From positions 4,043 through 68,042 of the forward strand of contig JAJRSX010000183.1 of NCBI GenBank assembly GCA_024278555.1: a DNA stretch of 64,000 bases. The letters are read 5' to 3'. Origin of the DNA: a bacterium (GTDB taxonomy: Bacteria; CG2-30-53-67; CG2-30-70-394). The translations under genes were made by a program, and so were the position numbers. The notes beneath the pieces were generated by a model that searched no databases, was not told the origin of the DNA, and worked only from the letters and a program-made list of their open reading frames with translations. Shown piece after piece: positions 53,383 to 63,187 of this stretch (the stretch's first letter is position 1; the number at the start of each line of letters is the position of its first letter).

Positions 53383-55032
53383 TTGACGAACTACAAACAT
53401 TTCGACGTGTGCATCGTCGGCACCGGTGCTGCTGGAGGGATTTTGGCTCACGCACTAGTGCGCTCTGGTTTGCGTGTCGTTTCTCTGGAGCAGGGGGAAA
53501 TTGTCAACCAGGATGAATTTCACAATGAACTAACCCCGGAGCAGAAAGGAAACTTCGGAATCACGAGGAACACCAAGTTTCCAGAAGTAGACCCGGACGT
53601 TCTTCAGCATGGTTTGTATGCGGGGCTGAGTACAAGGTCAACCTCTTCCGGGAGTGAGTCTGTTTTTAAGCAGTATCAAATCTACGCAGTAGGTGGTCTC
53701 CAGAATCTGTGGAGTGGCGTGAGTGTTAGATTTTCCCCGAGTGATTTCAGCACCAGAGTGCTTGGTCTTGAAGGACCTGATTGGCCGATTGACTACAAGG
53801 ACATTGCGGATCATTACGAGGCTGTTGAGCGCCGTATCGTGGTCTGCGGTACACGAGAGAATCTCGCGGACATTCCGGATGGTAAGTTCATTCCTCCAAA
53901 GCCATTACGACCGCCAGATCTACTCGTTGCCGGTGCGATTGAGCGATGTTCCGGTGGCACAGTGAAAGCAGTTCCATGCCGAAAGGCCGTGGAGACGCGG
54001 AAGGACAGGGGAAACGCATGTAGTAGCTGCGGGCACTGTTACGAGGGGTGTCAGCGTGGAAGTGTATATACATTCGGCAGCAGGCTGTTGCCGGAAATAC
54101 AGAATAAAGAGAACTATCTGCTAAAGCAAAACGTAAAGGTCGTGGCGCTGCGCTGCGGAGCATCAAACGCCATCTGTGGCCTTGACTGTATAGATGTCAA
54201 GACGCTGCGTCGGTTCAGCGTAGAGGCAGGTCTATACATAATGTCTGCTGGCGCCATCGAAACGCCCCGGGTGCTGCTGAATTCGGAATCGTCTCGTTCG
54301 GGATGCGCAGTCGCAAACGGGTCTGGTCTGGTAGGACGGTATCTTCAGGATAACCCAAGCGTTATGTACGGCGGATCGTTGATGAAGTTGTGGGTACGAG
54401 GCGTACCATACGATGTCGGATATGGTGAGCACATGCTCATCTCTGGCGTCTTGGGAGATGCGGGGGGCAGCGACGTCGACGAGGAATTTTCGGTATTTGG
54501 TCAGCTGTACCATGACTTCTGTAGGGAGCCGCTGTATTTGAAAGATATTTACTGGCTGCCATCGTGGTTGCGGTCGGTGGTCGCGAAAAAGATATTTGGG
54601 AGCACGATTGGTCTCGTGTTGTGGTCCTCGGCCGATCCATCAAGAGAAAACATGCTCACTGTTTCAGACGAGCGGGACTGTTATGGGGTTCGTAAAGTTG
54701 ATGTTTCTTACGGCTGCTCACAACTGGAGAGCGCAAGGATGGCGGTGCTGCGTAAATTCTCCAGACGCGTCATGAAAAGGGCATCGGCGTTGGTTTCTGT
54801 TGAGCTCCCGAGGCCTCCTGGTTCCGGTATCCACTATGTCGGAACGTGCCGTATGTCGGACGCGGAAGAACAAGGTGTCGTCGACAAGAACCTCAAGGCG
54901 CACAACCATCCAAACCTATATATTTGCGACGGTAGTGTCTTGCCAACATTACCCCCAAAACACTGCACACTGACGATAATGGCGCTCGCCGACAGGCTGG
55001 CAGAGCATCTGATATCCCTGCAGAAGGAATAG
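53383..55032 (+). CDS. GMC-family FAD-dependent oxidoreductase (TTG start)
   Basis: An FAD-binding N-terminus (DVCIVGTGAAGGILAHAL) and a GMC C-terminal region (IHYVGTCRMS), in visibly lower-GC sequence than the flanks. Confidence 0.75.
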   Translation: MTNYKHFDVCIVGTGAAGGILAHALVRSGLRVVSLEQGEIVNQDEFHNELTPEQKGNFGITRNTKFPEVDPDVLQHGLYAGLSTRSTSSGSESVFKQYQIYAVGGLQNLWSGVSVRFSPSDFSTRVLGLEGPDWPIDYKDIADHYEAVERRIVVCGTRENLADIPDGKFIPPKPLRPPDLLVAGAIERCSGGTVKAVPCRKAVETRKDRGNACSSCGHCYEGCQRGSVYTFGSRLLPEIQNKENYLLKQNVKVVALRCGASNAICGLDCIDVKTLRRFSVEAGLYIMSAGAIETPRVLLNSESSRSGCAVANGSGLVGRYLQDNPSVMYGGSLMKLWVRGVPYDVGYGEHMLISGVLGDAGGSDVDEEFSVFGQLYHDFCREPLYLKDIYWLPSWLRSVVAKKIFGSTIGLVLWSSADPSRENMLTVSDERDCYGVRKVDVSYGCSQLESARMAVLRKFSRRVMKRASALVSVELPRPPGSGIHYVGTCRMSDAEEQGVVDKNLKAHNHPNLYICDGSVLPTLPPKHCTLTIMALADRLAEHLISLQKE

Positions 55033-55066
55033 GTAATGACGGTGTCGCGCGTGGCGAGAGAATGTA

Positions 55067-56056
55067 ATGCTGTATGGTAAGATTCGCGGTTTGGATAAGC
55101 GGGCCTCGCGATTGGTCCTGGGTACGGATTCTCTGTGGCTGAATCCGTTTCATAGGGTTTTCGGTAGGTTAGAGAAATGTAGTTGTTTGAATATTCTCGA
55201 TGTTGCAGTGGAGGTTGGTATTAACACGTTTGATACAGCCGCTGTGTACGGGAGTGAGCCGCTAATCGGGTCCTGGATCAGATCCAGAGGATGCCGTGAC
55301 GAAGTTGTCGTTGTGACGAAGTGTGGTCACCCAAGCCTGATTACAGGTCGTTCGCGTACCTCATTGCGGGCTGTCACTGCCGATATCCACAGGTCTCTCA
55401 GGCGGCTCGATCTTTCTGAGATAGATGTCTTGCTGATGCATTACGACGACGACGAAATCGAGGTTTCCGAGATTGTCGGTTGGTTAGAGATGCACAGGGT
55501 CGCGGGGAATATTCGATGCTATGGGGTGTCGAATTGGGATGGTTATCGTATACGTGAGGCGCACAGGTGTGCGGCGGATAATGGTGCCAGCGGATTGGCG
55601 GCCGTCAGCGCGTACTGTGGCTTGGTTGAGTGGACGCAGCCAATGTGGCCGAAAGCCAAGAGCCTCGCGGGCAGGCAGGGAGAGGAGACTCTTGAATATT
55701 GCAGCCAGCATGGGATTTCCATCCTGGCGTGGTCCCCATTGTCTGCGGGCTACCTGTCTGGAAGGACAACCCACCCGAGAGGGTGGGTGAGGAAAAGGCG
55801 GTATTCTCAGGCGCAGCGGATTTTTGATTGTGAGGACAATAGAAAAATCCGACAGAGGGTCGAGACGCTGGCGGACCGGCACGGTGTCGGTAGTGCAGAG
55901 ATCGTGCTTGCCTATTTGTTAGGGAGCAGAAAAGAGGTGTTTCCGATAATCGGTTGCGGGACCGCGGAACATATAAGAAGAAATGCAGCCGCGGTTTCGG
56001 TTGATCTCAGCATGGAAGAGATGCGCTGGCTTGATGTGCAGTCGGTTGATCTCTAG
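55067..56056 (+). CDS. aldo/keto reductase family oxidoreductase
   Basis: AKR fold motifs (INTFDTAAVYG, VVVTKCGH, and LSEIDVLLMHYDD, which matches the AKR LDLYLIHxPD-type motif region). Confidence 0.7.
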   Translation: MLYGKIRGLDKRASRLVLGTDSLWLNPFHRVFGRLEKCSCLNILDVAVEVGINTFDTAAVYGSEPLIGSWIRSRGCRDEVVVVTKCGHPSLITGRSRTSLRAVTADIHRSLRRLDLSEIDVLLMHYDDDEIEVSEIVGWLEMHRVAGNIRCYGVSNWDGYRIREAHRCAADNGASGLAAVSAYCGLVEWTQPMWPKAKSLAGRQGEETLEYCSQHGISILAWSPLSAGYLSGRTTHPRGWVRKRRYSQAQRIFDCEDNRKIRQRVETLADRHGVGSAEIVLAYLLGSRKEVFPIIGCGTAEHIRRNAAAVSVDLSMEEMRWLDVQSVDL

Positions 56057-56438
56057 GTTATTTCGGCTACCGTAGCAGTTGCTTGTCGTGCTAAGTCGTG
56101 TCGCCGTTTTACCTGTCCTTTGTGGGGGGGGGGGTCACGGCACAGGATTGCGCGAAGTCGTCAGAGGCGAAGTATATGTAGGTGAGAAAATAATGTAGTT
56201 TGTTTCGCTGCTTGCGCAACCTCCAGTTATTCGGTCGTAAAAGGGGGCCGAAGGCGCATGGATGCTGGAGTTGCTCAAGTATGGTTCGAATTTGATCGTT
56301 GGACTCGGCTACAGCGGCGATAGTTGCGAGCTTCGGACGGAGACTTGTCCGGTAGGGGTTGCGTTCGATGGCTTCCTTCAGCACGGTGAGATGGAGGCTT
56401 TCGCGCTGTGGCGATGGGGAGTTGTCCATTACAGTGCC

Positions 56439-57635
56439 CTACGGAGTGATGACCACGGTATCGGTGGTGGAGCGAAGTTCATAGCAGATTCCGCGCCAGC
56501 AGATCCTACGTGTTCCAAGGGAGTAGAGGGTGTTGATCAGGCTAAGTAATGAAGCGATTGGCGCCGCGAACATGTAGTGAAATCGGAGGCGTGAAAGCTC
56601 TTCGTTTAGTTGGGGTAACAAGTTCTGAATGGGCTTTAAGAGAAGCGCCGCATTGGCGATCTCCAGAGGGGCGAGGAGCAGGCACAGGGTACCGATTGCG
56701 GAGGTTTGCCCTCCATTGGTTACCCAAATCAACAGGCTGACGACGCCGTAGAAGAGTAGGAGGTTGGAGGCCGAGTGGGCAATTGCTGCGCCCCACCACA
56801 AGGGAGGGAAATAGACACGCGATATAACCGATTGACGGTTGGTAAACTCTATGGTGTCGGCGAGCGTGGAGGCTTCGTAGGAGACAGCAATGCAGGTCGG
56901 TACGAAGTGAAGTTGTAGCCCGAGTTCCCGTACGCCGAGAGTGAAGGGGAAATCATCGGAGACAGCGTACTCCCAGCGCTGGGCGATTCTTGCACGTCTG
57001 AATGTGTCGTACCGGATTGCCATTGCGCCGCCCCAGGCGAAGTTGCGTTTGGGGTCGACCAAGAAGGGAAGGGCGCCGGCGTTCCACGTGCTTCGCAGGA
57101 TGGAGCCGAGGGTGGGGCGAGGAGGGTGGTACCAGCGAAAGCCGGTGGTGGCGCCAACTTGGGGGTTGGACAGGGGAACGATGAGCCGACGGACGAAGCC
57201 GGCATCGGGGCGAATGTCCGAGTCGAGGAAGACGAGGTATTCGGTGTCGTGGGGGGCCTCGCGCAGGGCAGCCAGTTGGTTGGTGAGTTTTTGTGCCCGT
57301 CTGTTGTTGACGCCGGCAACGATGAGTTGGGTATCAACCGTGGTGTCCTGCAGGAGTTTTTTGAGTGTCGAGTGGGCGGGATCCTCTGCGTGGGCGACGA
57401 CAAAAATAAGATGTATGGACGGATAGTCTTGCTGGAGGAAGGCGCTGATGTTTTCTCGGAATCCCGGGTCCAGCCCCTTGCAGGGGATGATGAGAGTTGC
57501 CAGTCCATCGGGTGGTGTGGGGTCTTGCGTAGGGACGACTCGGATGCGACGGCGGAAGGAGAGTGTGAGAAGCAGGGGAATCGACCCCATGAGGAGGGTC
57601 AAGACCAGAGGGATCATACTCAGATGGATAGACAT
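56439..57635 (-). CDS. GT2/GT21-family membrane glycosyltransferase (ceramide-glucosyltransferase/HpnI-like)
   Basis: N-terminal TM segment, GT-A motifs (IIPCKG, FLDSDIRPD), and multiple C-terminal TM segments. Confidence 0.6.
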   Translation of the reverse strand: MSIHLSMIPLVLTLLMGSIPLLLTLSFRRRIRVVPTQDPTPPDGLATLIIPCKGLDPGFRENISAFLQQDYPSIHLIFVVAHAEDPAHSTLKKLLQDTTVDTQLIVAGVNNRRAQKLTNQLAALREAPHDTEYLVFLDSDIRPDAGFVRRLIVPLSNPQVGATTGFRWYHPPRPTLGSILRSTWNAGALPFLVDPKRNFAWGGAMAIRYDTFRRARIAQRWEYAVSDDFPFTLGVRELGLQLHFVPTCIAVSYEASTLADTIEFTNRQSVISRVYFPPLWWGAAIAHSASNLLLFYGVVSLLIWVTNGGQTSAIGTLCLLLAPLEIANAALLLKPIQNLLPQLNEELSRLRFHYMFAAPIASLLSLINTLYSLGTRRICWRGICYELRSTTDTVVITP

Positions 57636-57707
57636 GGCGGCTTTCCGTGGCGTGCGAGTCAGACCGCGACACTGAAAGCCTTATCGGCGGATTTCTTCGA
57701 CAGAGCA

Positions 57708-57746
57708 AAAACAAAAAAGGAGGGGCGACCTTCGGGCCGCCCCTCC
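57708..57746 (-). terminator. rho-independent terminator downstream of PEP-CTERM gene
   Basis: The minus strand reads GGAGGGGCGGCC-cgaa-GGTCGCCCCTCC followed by TTTTTTGTTTTT. Confidence 0.6.
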
Positions 57747-57771
57747 TCGGGAACACACGCTGTCGGGGTGA

Positions 57772-58860
57772 TTACCGCCGCTGCCGACGGGCGACGCCCG
57801 CCAGTCCAACGAGGCCGAGGCCCATGAGGATCACGGTGCCAGGCTCTGGAATGCCCGTGGGGGCGACAAGGACTGGATCGTTGGAGGCGAAGTACCAGGG
57901 AGACGTCTCGTCGCCCGTGCCCTGCCACGCACCGCCCATGAACGCACCGAGGTTCGCATCGAATCCGGCGAAGTCGTTGTTCTGGGTGAGTTCGCTATTG
58001 CCTACCAGGTGGTATCCGGGAGCAACACTGCGGCCATCGGTTCCCACCTCGTTGGGGTCGACCAAGTCTCCCCACATGTAGCTGGGGACGTTAAGGATGT
58101 TGTCCATTGCAAGCCATGCTTCACCCGCGAAACCGCCAAAGGCGGAGGCAATGGGAAGATGGCTGTAGGCGAAGCCGTCCGTGTCATCACCGTCGGCTCC
58201 GACGCCGAAGCTCAGCCAGGCGGTACCGTCGGTGGCCTTGTCCACATCGTCCTTCAGGTTGGCGGTCGTGACCTCGGCACCGAGGCCGGCACCCAGGCCC
58301 ACGCCGTTAACCGGGACCGTGCCGTTGGACTCGAAGGGGGTGGCACCGGCGCCGCTGTCCACGTAGAACCGCATCATCTCGCCGGCAGCCAGATCCAGTT
58401 TGCCAAACGGGTCGAAATCAGACGTCCCAAGCTCAAGATGGGTGTCGGTCGGGCTCCCTGGCACCGGTGCGGTGCTTGTAATCTTCTGCACGAAGTAGCC
58501 GGAGAACTGGTCCGTATTGGATTTATTCCACGTAGTAACACCGTTGACCGTTATCTCCTGGACGTCAATGATCCCCACCAGATAGTCGCCGGCCTGCGCC
58601 TGGTGGCCGCCATGGGCCACCGCAAAGGGATCGGTCAGAAGATTCCCCGCTGAATCGTAGAGAACCTCGAAGTTCTTGAAAAAGATCTGGTTGTTGTTCC
58701 CGAACGAGAAGCTCGGCATGGCCTGGGCGGTGGTGCTCACCGCCAAACCTGCCGCCAGGGCGGCGGGTGCGAGGAATAGGTGTTTCTTCATGATGGTTCT
58801 CCTTTTGATGGGTTGTGGATCGCCCGTGGTTGGGAACTGCGATTGAGTGAATACACCCAC
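57772..58860 (-). CDS. PEP-CTERM sorting-domain protein; N-terminal ~330 aa homologous to the N-terminus of the 48107..51961 protein
   Basis: The C-terminus is ...GIPEPGTVILMGLGLVGLAGVARRQRR (PEP motif + TM + basic tail). The shared N-terminal motifs are NQIFFKNFEVLY, FSGYFVQK, FDPFGKLDLAAGEM, GFAYSH(L/V)PI, and SPWYF.SNDPV. Confidence 0.8.
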   Translation of the reverse strand: MGVFTQSQFPTTGDPQPIKRRTIMKKHLFLAPAALAAGLAVSTTAQAMPSFSFGNNNQIFFKNFEVLYDSAGNLLTDPFAVAHGGHQAQAGDYLVGIIDVQEITVNGVTTWNKSNTDQFSGYFVQKITSTAPVPGSPTDTHLELGTSDFDPFGKLDLAAGEMMRFYVDSGAGATPFESNGTVPVNGVGLGAGLGAEVTTANLKDDVDKATDGTAWLSFGVGADGDDTDGFAYSHLPIASAFGGFAGEAWLAMDNILNVPSYMWGDLVDPNEVGTDGRSVAPGYHLVGNSELTQNNDFAGFDANLGAFMGGAWQGTGDETSPWYFASNDPVLVAPTGIPEPGTVILMGLGLVGLAGVARRQRR

Positions 58861-59166
58861 TCATGCAGATTGCGTGCCAGGTCGTGGGTGAGTTTCGGGT
58901 TGTGCGTCGGAGTTGTTGTAACGCATTGGTATTATTAGATTTAGATGCGGTTCACTTGGGTGCGCGAAGGGCGAGACGCGATTTCTGCTCCCCGGCGATG
59001 GCCGCCGGAGAGGAAAAATTGGAAAGGATGTCGACATGTCTATCGGGAAAAATGGCGGGAGGTCTGTTAAAGCCTTAAAAATCAATGCGTTAGTGTGTGT
59101 AAAGGGAGTCGACATTGGCCTCAGTGTTGCTGACATGGGGGTGGGAACGACTTATTCCGCAAGGAG

Positions 59167-61689
59167 TTATGGTACGGCTGTCCGGGCTGCGGGAATCGTA
59201 TGGCGCCGGGGGCGGAGGGTGACGAGGAGCGCCGGCAGGAAGAGCAGGTCCGCCACCAACGCCGAGACCATGGTGGTCGCCGTGAGAAGGCCGAAGTGGA
59301 CGACGGGCATAAAGGAGGAGACCACCAGGACCACGAAGGCGAAGAAGAGGACCACCGAGGTGGAGGCCATGGCGCGACCGCGCAGGAGCAGGGTGTGGCG
59401 GACGGCCTCGACGGCGTCGGCCCCCTTGGCCCGGGTGGTGCGGTACTCGGCGAGGAAGTGGACGGTGTCGTCCACGGCGATACCGATGGCCACCGCGGAG
59501 ATCATCGCGGTGGCGGGGTTGAGGGGGATCCCCGCCCACCCCATGAGGCCGAGGTTGAGGAGGATCGGGAGGAGATTCGGTGGCATGGCGATGAGGCCGT
59601 CGCGTAGCGATCGGAAGATGACGGCCACCATGGCGAAGATGAGGAGACTGGCCAGGGCCAGGGATTGGATCTGGGCGCTCATGATGGCGTTGATGAGGTT
59701 GACGGCGAGGAGGGAGTGGCCCGTGGTGCGGGTTTGACTGGACAGGTCGAGGGTGGCGAGGTGCTCCTTTGTGGCCTCCACGAGCCCCTTGAGCTCGGCG
59801 ACGCCGTGGACGTGGACGCGGGCGTTGAGGCTCGCCCAGCTCGCGTCGTCGGTGAGGACGTCGCGGATGTCGTTGCCGTCGTAGAGGAGCATGTACTGGG
59901 CGATGAGGTCGGCTGAGTCAGGAAGGGTGGAGTGGGCCGGGTCGTCGTCGTGGAAGGCGCGGTTCATCGACTTCAGGTAGTCGGGGAGGCCTACCACCTT
60001 GTCCACCTCAGGGCGGTCGCGGAGCCAGGTTTCGATTTGCTCCTGTGCCTTCACCGCCTCCAAGGTGAGGAGGGCGTCGGGTTCGGTGCCCTTCAGGGAG
60101 ATGTGCAGGTCCTCGGTCCCCGCAAGCCGCCGTTCTACCTCAAGGGTCTGGGTGACCGGCGGTGCGTCGGGGAAGAAGAACTCGAGGCCGTTGGTCTCCA
60201 TCCGAAGGCGGGCCATACCGGCGGCGGCGACGGCGGCGATCAGGCCGGCGCCGAGGAGAATGGGGCGCGGGTGGTGGGTGACGAGGCGGGTGATGCCACC
60301 GAGGAGGTTGTCGAGGATGTCGCTCTTGAGGGGTTGGGCGTGGCGCCGGGAGATGGGGCGGCGGATGATGACCAGGAGGGCCGGCAGGAGGGTGAAGGCC
60401 ATGACCAGCGTGTACCCGGCGCCGAGGCTGGCGGCGAGCCCGAAGTGGCGGATGGGCCCCACCTGGCTGATTGCCAGTGAGCCGAAGCCGGCCATGGTGG
60501 TGAGGATCGCCGCGAGGCAGGGACGCCACAGGTCCTCGACTACGTGGGTAACGATGTGGGTGTTGTGGCGGGCGAGGTGGTCGATGCGGCCGAGGTGGTC
60601 GAGCCAGGTGGCGATCTCGGCGCTGAGGGCCGGGTCGGCCGGTGGTTCGACATCGGCCGGCTGGGTGTCGGGCACCCCGCCGGCGAGGCGCCCCTGCCAC
60701 TGGCTCATGAGCTCTGCGGCGCCGGGTGTGGGGTCCGCGGGCGCTTCCGCGGGGAGTGGCGCCGCGTCCCCCATGGGGAGTGCCCCGGTGAGGAGCTGCT
60801 CGTGGTAGTCGGTGAGGAGGTGGATGGCGAGGCCGATCCCGGTGGCCATCATCAGGGCCGGGAGGATCGAGGTCACCATGTTGTTCGTCCCCCCTACGAG
60901 GACGAGGGCGGCCATCCCCCCGGCCATGGCACACCCCACCAGAAGCGAGGGGAGGAGGATCCCCAGGGGGTGGCGGAAGAGGAGCAGCAGGATGAGGAGC
61001 ATGAGGCCGACGCACAGGGGCATGAGGCGGCCCATGTCGCGGTTGAGGTAGGCGCCGAGGTAATAGTCGGTCACCTGCCGGCCGGCGATGGCGAAGCTCC
61101 GCTCGGGATGTTCCAGGGGGCGGAGCTGTGCCTCGATCGTCTCTACAAGGCGGGCGCGGGCGGTGTCGGTGGTCGCCTCCGCCGCCATCTCGACGATGAT
61201 TCCGGCGCTCTTGTGGTCCGCGGAGACGACGCCGCGGAAGTAGAGGGGCTTGCTCAGGGCGCGGTGGCGCAGGGCGGCGAGCGTTGCCGGGTCATCGGGG
61301 ATCTCCTCAAGGAAGGGCTCCACGAGGAACTCTCCCCGGCCGCCGCGGATATCCTCCACATTGGTGAGGCTGGTGACCTTTTCTACCCCATCGAGGTCGG
61401 CGAGCCAGTCGGTGAGGTGGGCGAGGATAGCGAGGTTCTCGTGGGTAAAGAGCTCACCGCACGTCATGGTCACGACGAAGAAGTCGTGGGTGTCAAAGGC
61501 CTCCTTGTAGGCGTCGAAGAACTGCTGATCCGGGTCGTCGGCGAGCTCGAAGATTTTCGAAGAGTTGTCCGAGCGGACCTGTGAGGCCGGTACGGCGAGG
61601 AGGCCGTTGACCACGACGCAGAGCAGCAGCGTCCACCACGGGTGGCGGATCGGCCAGGTGAGCCACCGCGGTGGGGCAGGGGTGCTCAT
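59167..61689 (-). CDS. MMPL/RND-superfamily membrane transporter (HpnN-like lipid exporter family)
   Basis: 840 aa with two 6-TM bundles each followed by a large periplasmic loop; family-typical GxxxD motifs in the TM regions. Confidence 0.75.
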   Translation of the reverse strand: MSTPAPPRWLTWPIRHPWWTLLLCVVVNGLLAVPASQVRSDNSSKIFELADDPDQQFFDAYKEAFDTHDFFVVTMTCGELFTHENLAILAHLTDWLADLDGVEKVTSLTNVEDIRGGRGEFLVEPFLEEIPDDPATLAALRHRALSKPLYFRGVVSADHKSAGIIVEMAAEATTDTARARLVETIEAQLRPLEHPERSFAIAGRQVTDYYLGAYLNRDMGRLMPLCVGLMLLILLLLFRHPLGILLPSLLVGCAMAGGMAALVLVGGTNNMVTSILPALMMATGIGLAIHLLTDYHEQLLTGALPMGDAAPLPAEAPADPTPGAAELMSQWQGRLAGGVPDTQPADVEPPADPALSAEIATWLDHLGRIDHLARHNTHIVTHVVEDLWRPCLAAILTTMAGFGSLAISQVGPIRHFGLAASLGAGYTLVMAFTLLPALLVIIRRPISRRHAQPLKSDILDNLLGGITRLVTHHPRPILLGAGLIAAVAAAGMARLRMETNGLEFFFPDAPPVTQTLEVERRLAGTEDLHISLKGTEPDALLTLEAVKAQEQIETWLRDRPEVDKVVGLPDYLKSMNRAFHDDDPAHSTLPDSADLIAQYMLLYDGNDIRDVLTDDASWASLNARVHVHGVAELKGLVEATKEHLATLDLSSQTRTTGHSLLAVNLINAIMSAQIQSLALASLLIFAMVAVIFRSLRDGLIAMPPNLLPILLNLGLMGWAGIPLNPATAMISAVAIGIAVDDTVHFLAEYRTTRAKGADAVEAVRHTLLLRGRAMASTSVVLFFAFVVLVVSSFMPVVHFGLLTATTMVSALVADLLFLPALLVTLRPRRHTIPAARTAVP

Positions 61690-62023
61690 GGGTGGGGGTT
61701 GGGGGGGCGCGGGTGGGGGGAGGACTGCGGGAGCCTGATACGGGTGTGGTAGGGGGTCGTGTCAGGGGAGTCAAGGCGGGTCATTTTCCTTATCGGTGGA
61801 GCGCAAGGTTTTCCACGGGGCGGGAAGTGCGAAGGGGGAGGGTGGTGGGTGGGAGAGGCCCGGGAGGATGGGCAAGCCGGCAGGGATCTGCATGCCGCCT
61901 GCACGCGAATCGGACCCCCGGGGGCGGGGGCATCGAAAGAGGTGGAGCGGTCAGGAGGGCAGCAGCCTGGAAGGCGGGTTTGCGTGAGCTATCTACGGTA
62001 GACTCAGCGCCAACTGTTGGAGA

Positions 62024-62368
62024 GTGGTAGGTAGACTCGAGGTGCCCGTGAACGAGCCATTACGCGAAAGGCTGGGGCAGACCCTTCGGCCGATCTTGCA
62101 GCGCTACGGCATCCGCCGAGCGATACTTTTTGGTTCGATGGCGCGCGGTGATCTGTCGCGCCACAGCGATGTCGATCTGATCCTCGTGCAGGAGACGGAG
62201 AAGCGGTTCCTCGATCGGTACGACGGGATCCTGGCGGAGATCACGACGGCACTCGGGGGGCGTGCGGTGGACCTGCTCATCTACACGCCCGAGGAGCTGG
62301 CGGCGGTCGCCGACCGCCCCTTCGTGGCGACGGCATTGGAGGAGGGAGAGGTGGTCTATGAGTCGTGA
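62024..62368 (+). CDS. minimal nucleotidyltransferase (MNT) antitoxin-like protein
   Basis: NTase motif LFGSMARGDLSRHSDVDLILV. Confidence 0.7.
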   Translation: MVGRLEVPVNEPLRERLGQTLRPILQRYGIRRAILFGSMARGDLSRHSDVDLILVQETEKRFLDRYDGILAEITTALGGRAVDLLIYTPEELAAVADRPFVATALEEGEVVYES

Positions 62369-62774
62369 GAAGAGTCGACACCAGGCGCAGCGATGGCTGG
62401 TGACCGCGGAAGGTGACCTGGAGACCGCGAAGATCCTGCTCCGGGAGGGGGTGTATGCCCACGCCTGTTTTCACGCCCAGCAGGCGGGAGAGAAGGCGTT
62501 GAAGGCCCTCTGGTACCTGGTGGATGGAGATCCCTGGGGCCACTCGGTCCAGAAGCTGGTGGAGGCGTTCCCCGAGCGTGATGACCTCCCCGATGTGGAT
62601 CACTGGGTGGAACAGGCGGCCATCCTCGACAAGTTCTATATCCCCACCCGCTATCCCAACGGTCTGCCCGATCTCACCCCGGCCGATGTCTATCGGGAGC
62701 GTGATGGGCTCCAGGGGGTGGAGGTCGCTGCTGCCCTCGTGGCGGCATGCCGCGAGTGGTTGGAAGGGCATTGA
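62358..62774 (+). CDS. HEPN domain protein (HepT-like toxin partner of MNT)
   Basis: HEPN-like helical domain with the R-x4-6-H-like segment YIPTRYPNGLP...; overlaps the MNT gene by 11 bp. Confidence 0.6.
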   Translation: MSREKSRHQAQRWLVTAEGDLETAKILLREGVYAHACFHAQQAGEKALKALWYLVDGDPWGHSVQKLVEAFPERDDLPDVDHWVEQAAILDKFYIPTRYPNGLPDLTPADVYRERDGLQGVEVAAALVAACREWLEGH

Positions 62775-63187
62775 TTGTGCCGGTCGGCGAAAAGCGCCCC
62801 CCGGCGCACCGGGCCCTCTTCGTATCTCTTCGTGTCCCTTCGTGGACAACCCAACCGGCCGAAGCGCCAGGGCGACTGGCGGGCGGGTTCGAGGTCGAAG
62901 CTCGCTCCTCCGCCATCCCCCCTCTACTTTTCTACCCTCTACTCCCTACCCCCGTTCCGCCCTTCCGTGTCGTTCCGTGGATTCCGTGGCGACGTCGGTG
63001 CGCCGCGCTGCGCTTGGCGCACCCTACTGAGGTTTCTGTTCCCCTTCGTGACTTTCGTGCTCTTCGTGGTTTTGTCCCCTTTCAGGTGACTCGCCAAGGG
63101 GCCACGCCCCCACGACGCCGGTGGTCTCGACCTTCACCCTGTGGGTGAACGGCCCCAGGATTACCGTTGAGCCCCGTCTCCCTCGGC

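Noticed and set aside
56109-56429. 106-aa minus ORF downstream of the glycosyltransferase gene
   Set aside because: No recognisable motifs and no RBS or operon logic. It is possibly a real small gene, but unsupported.
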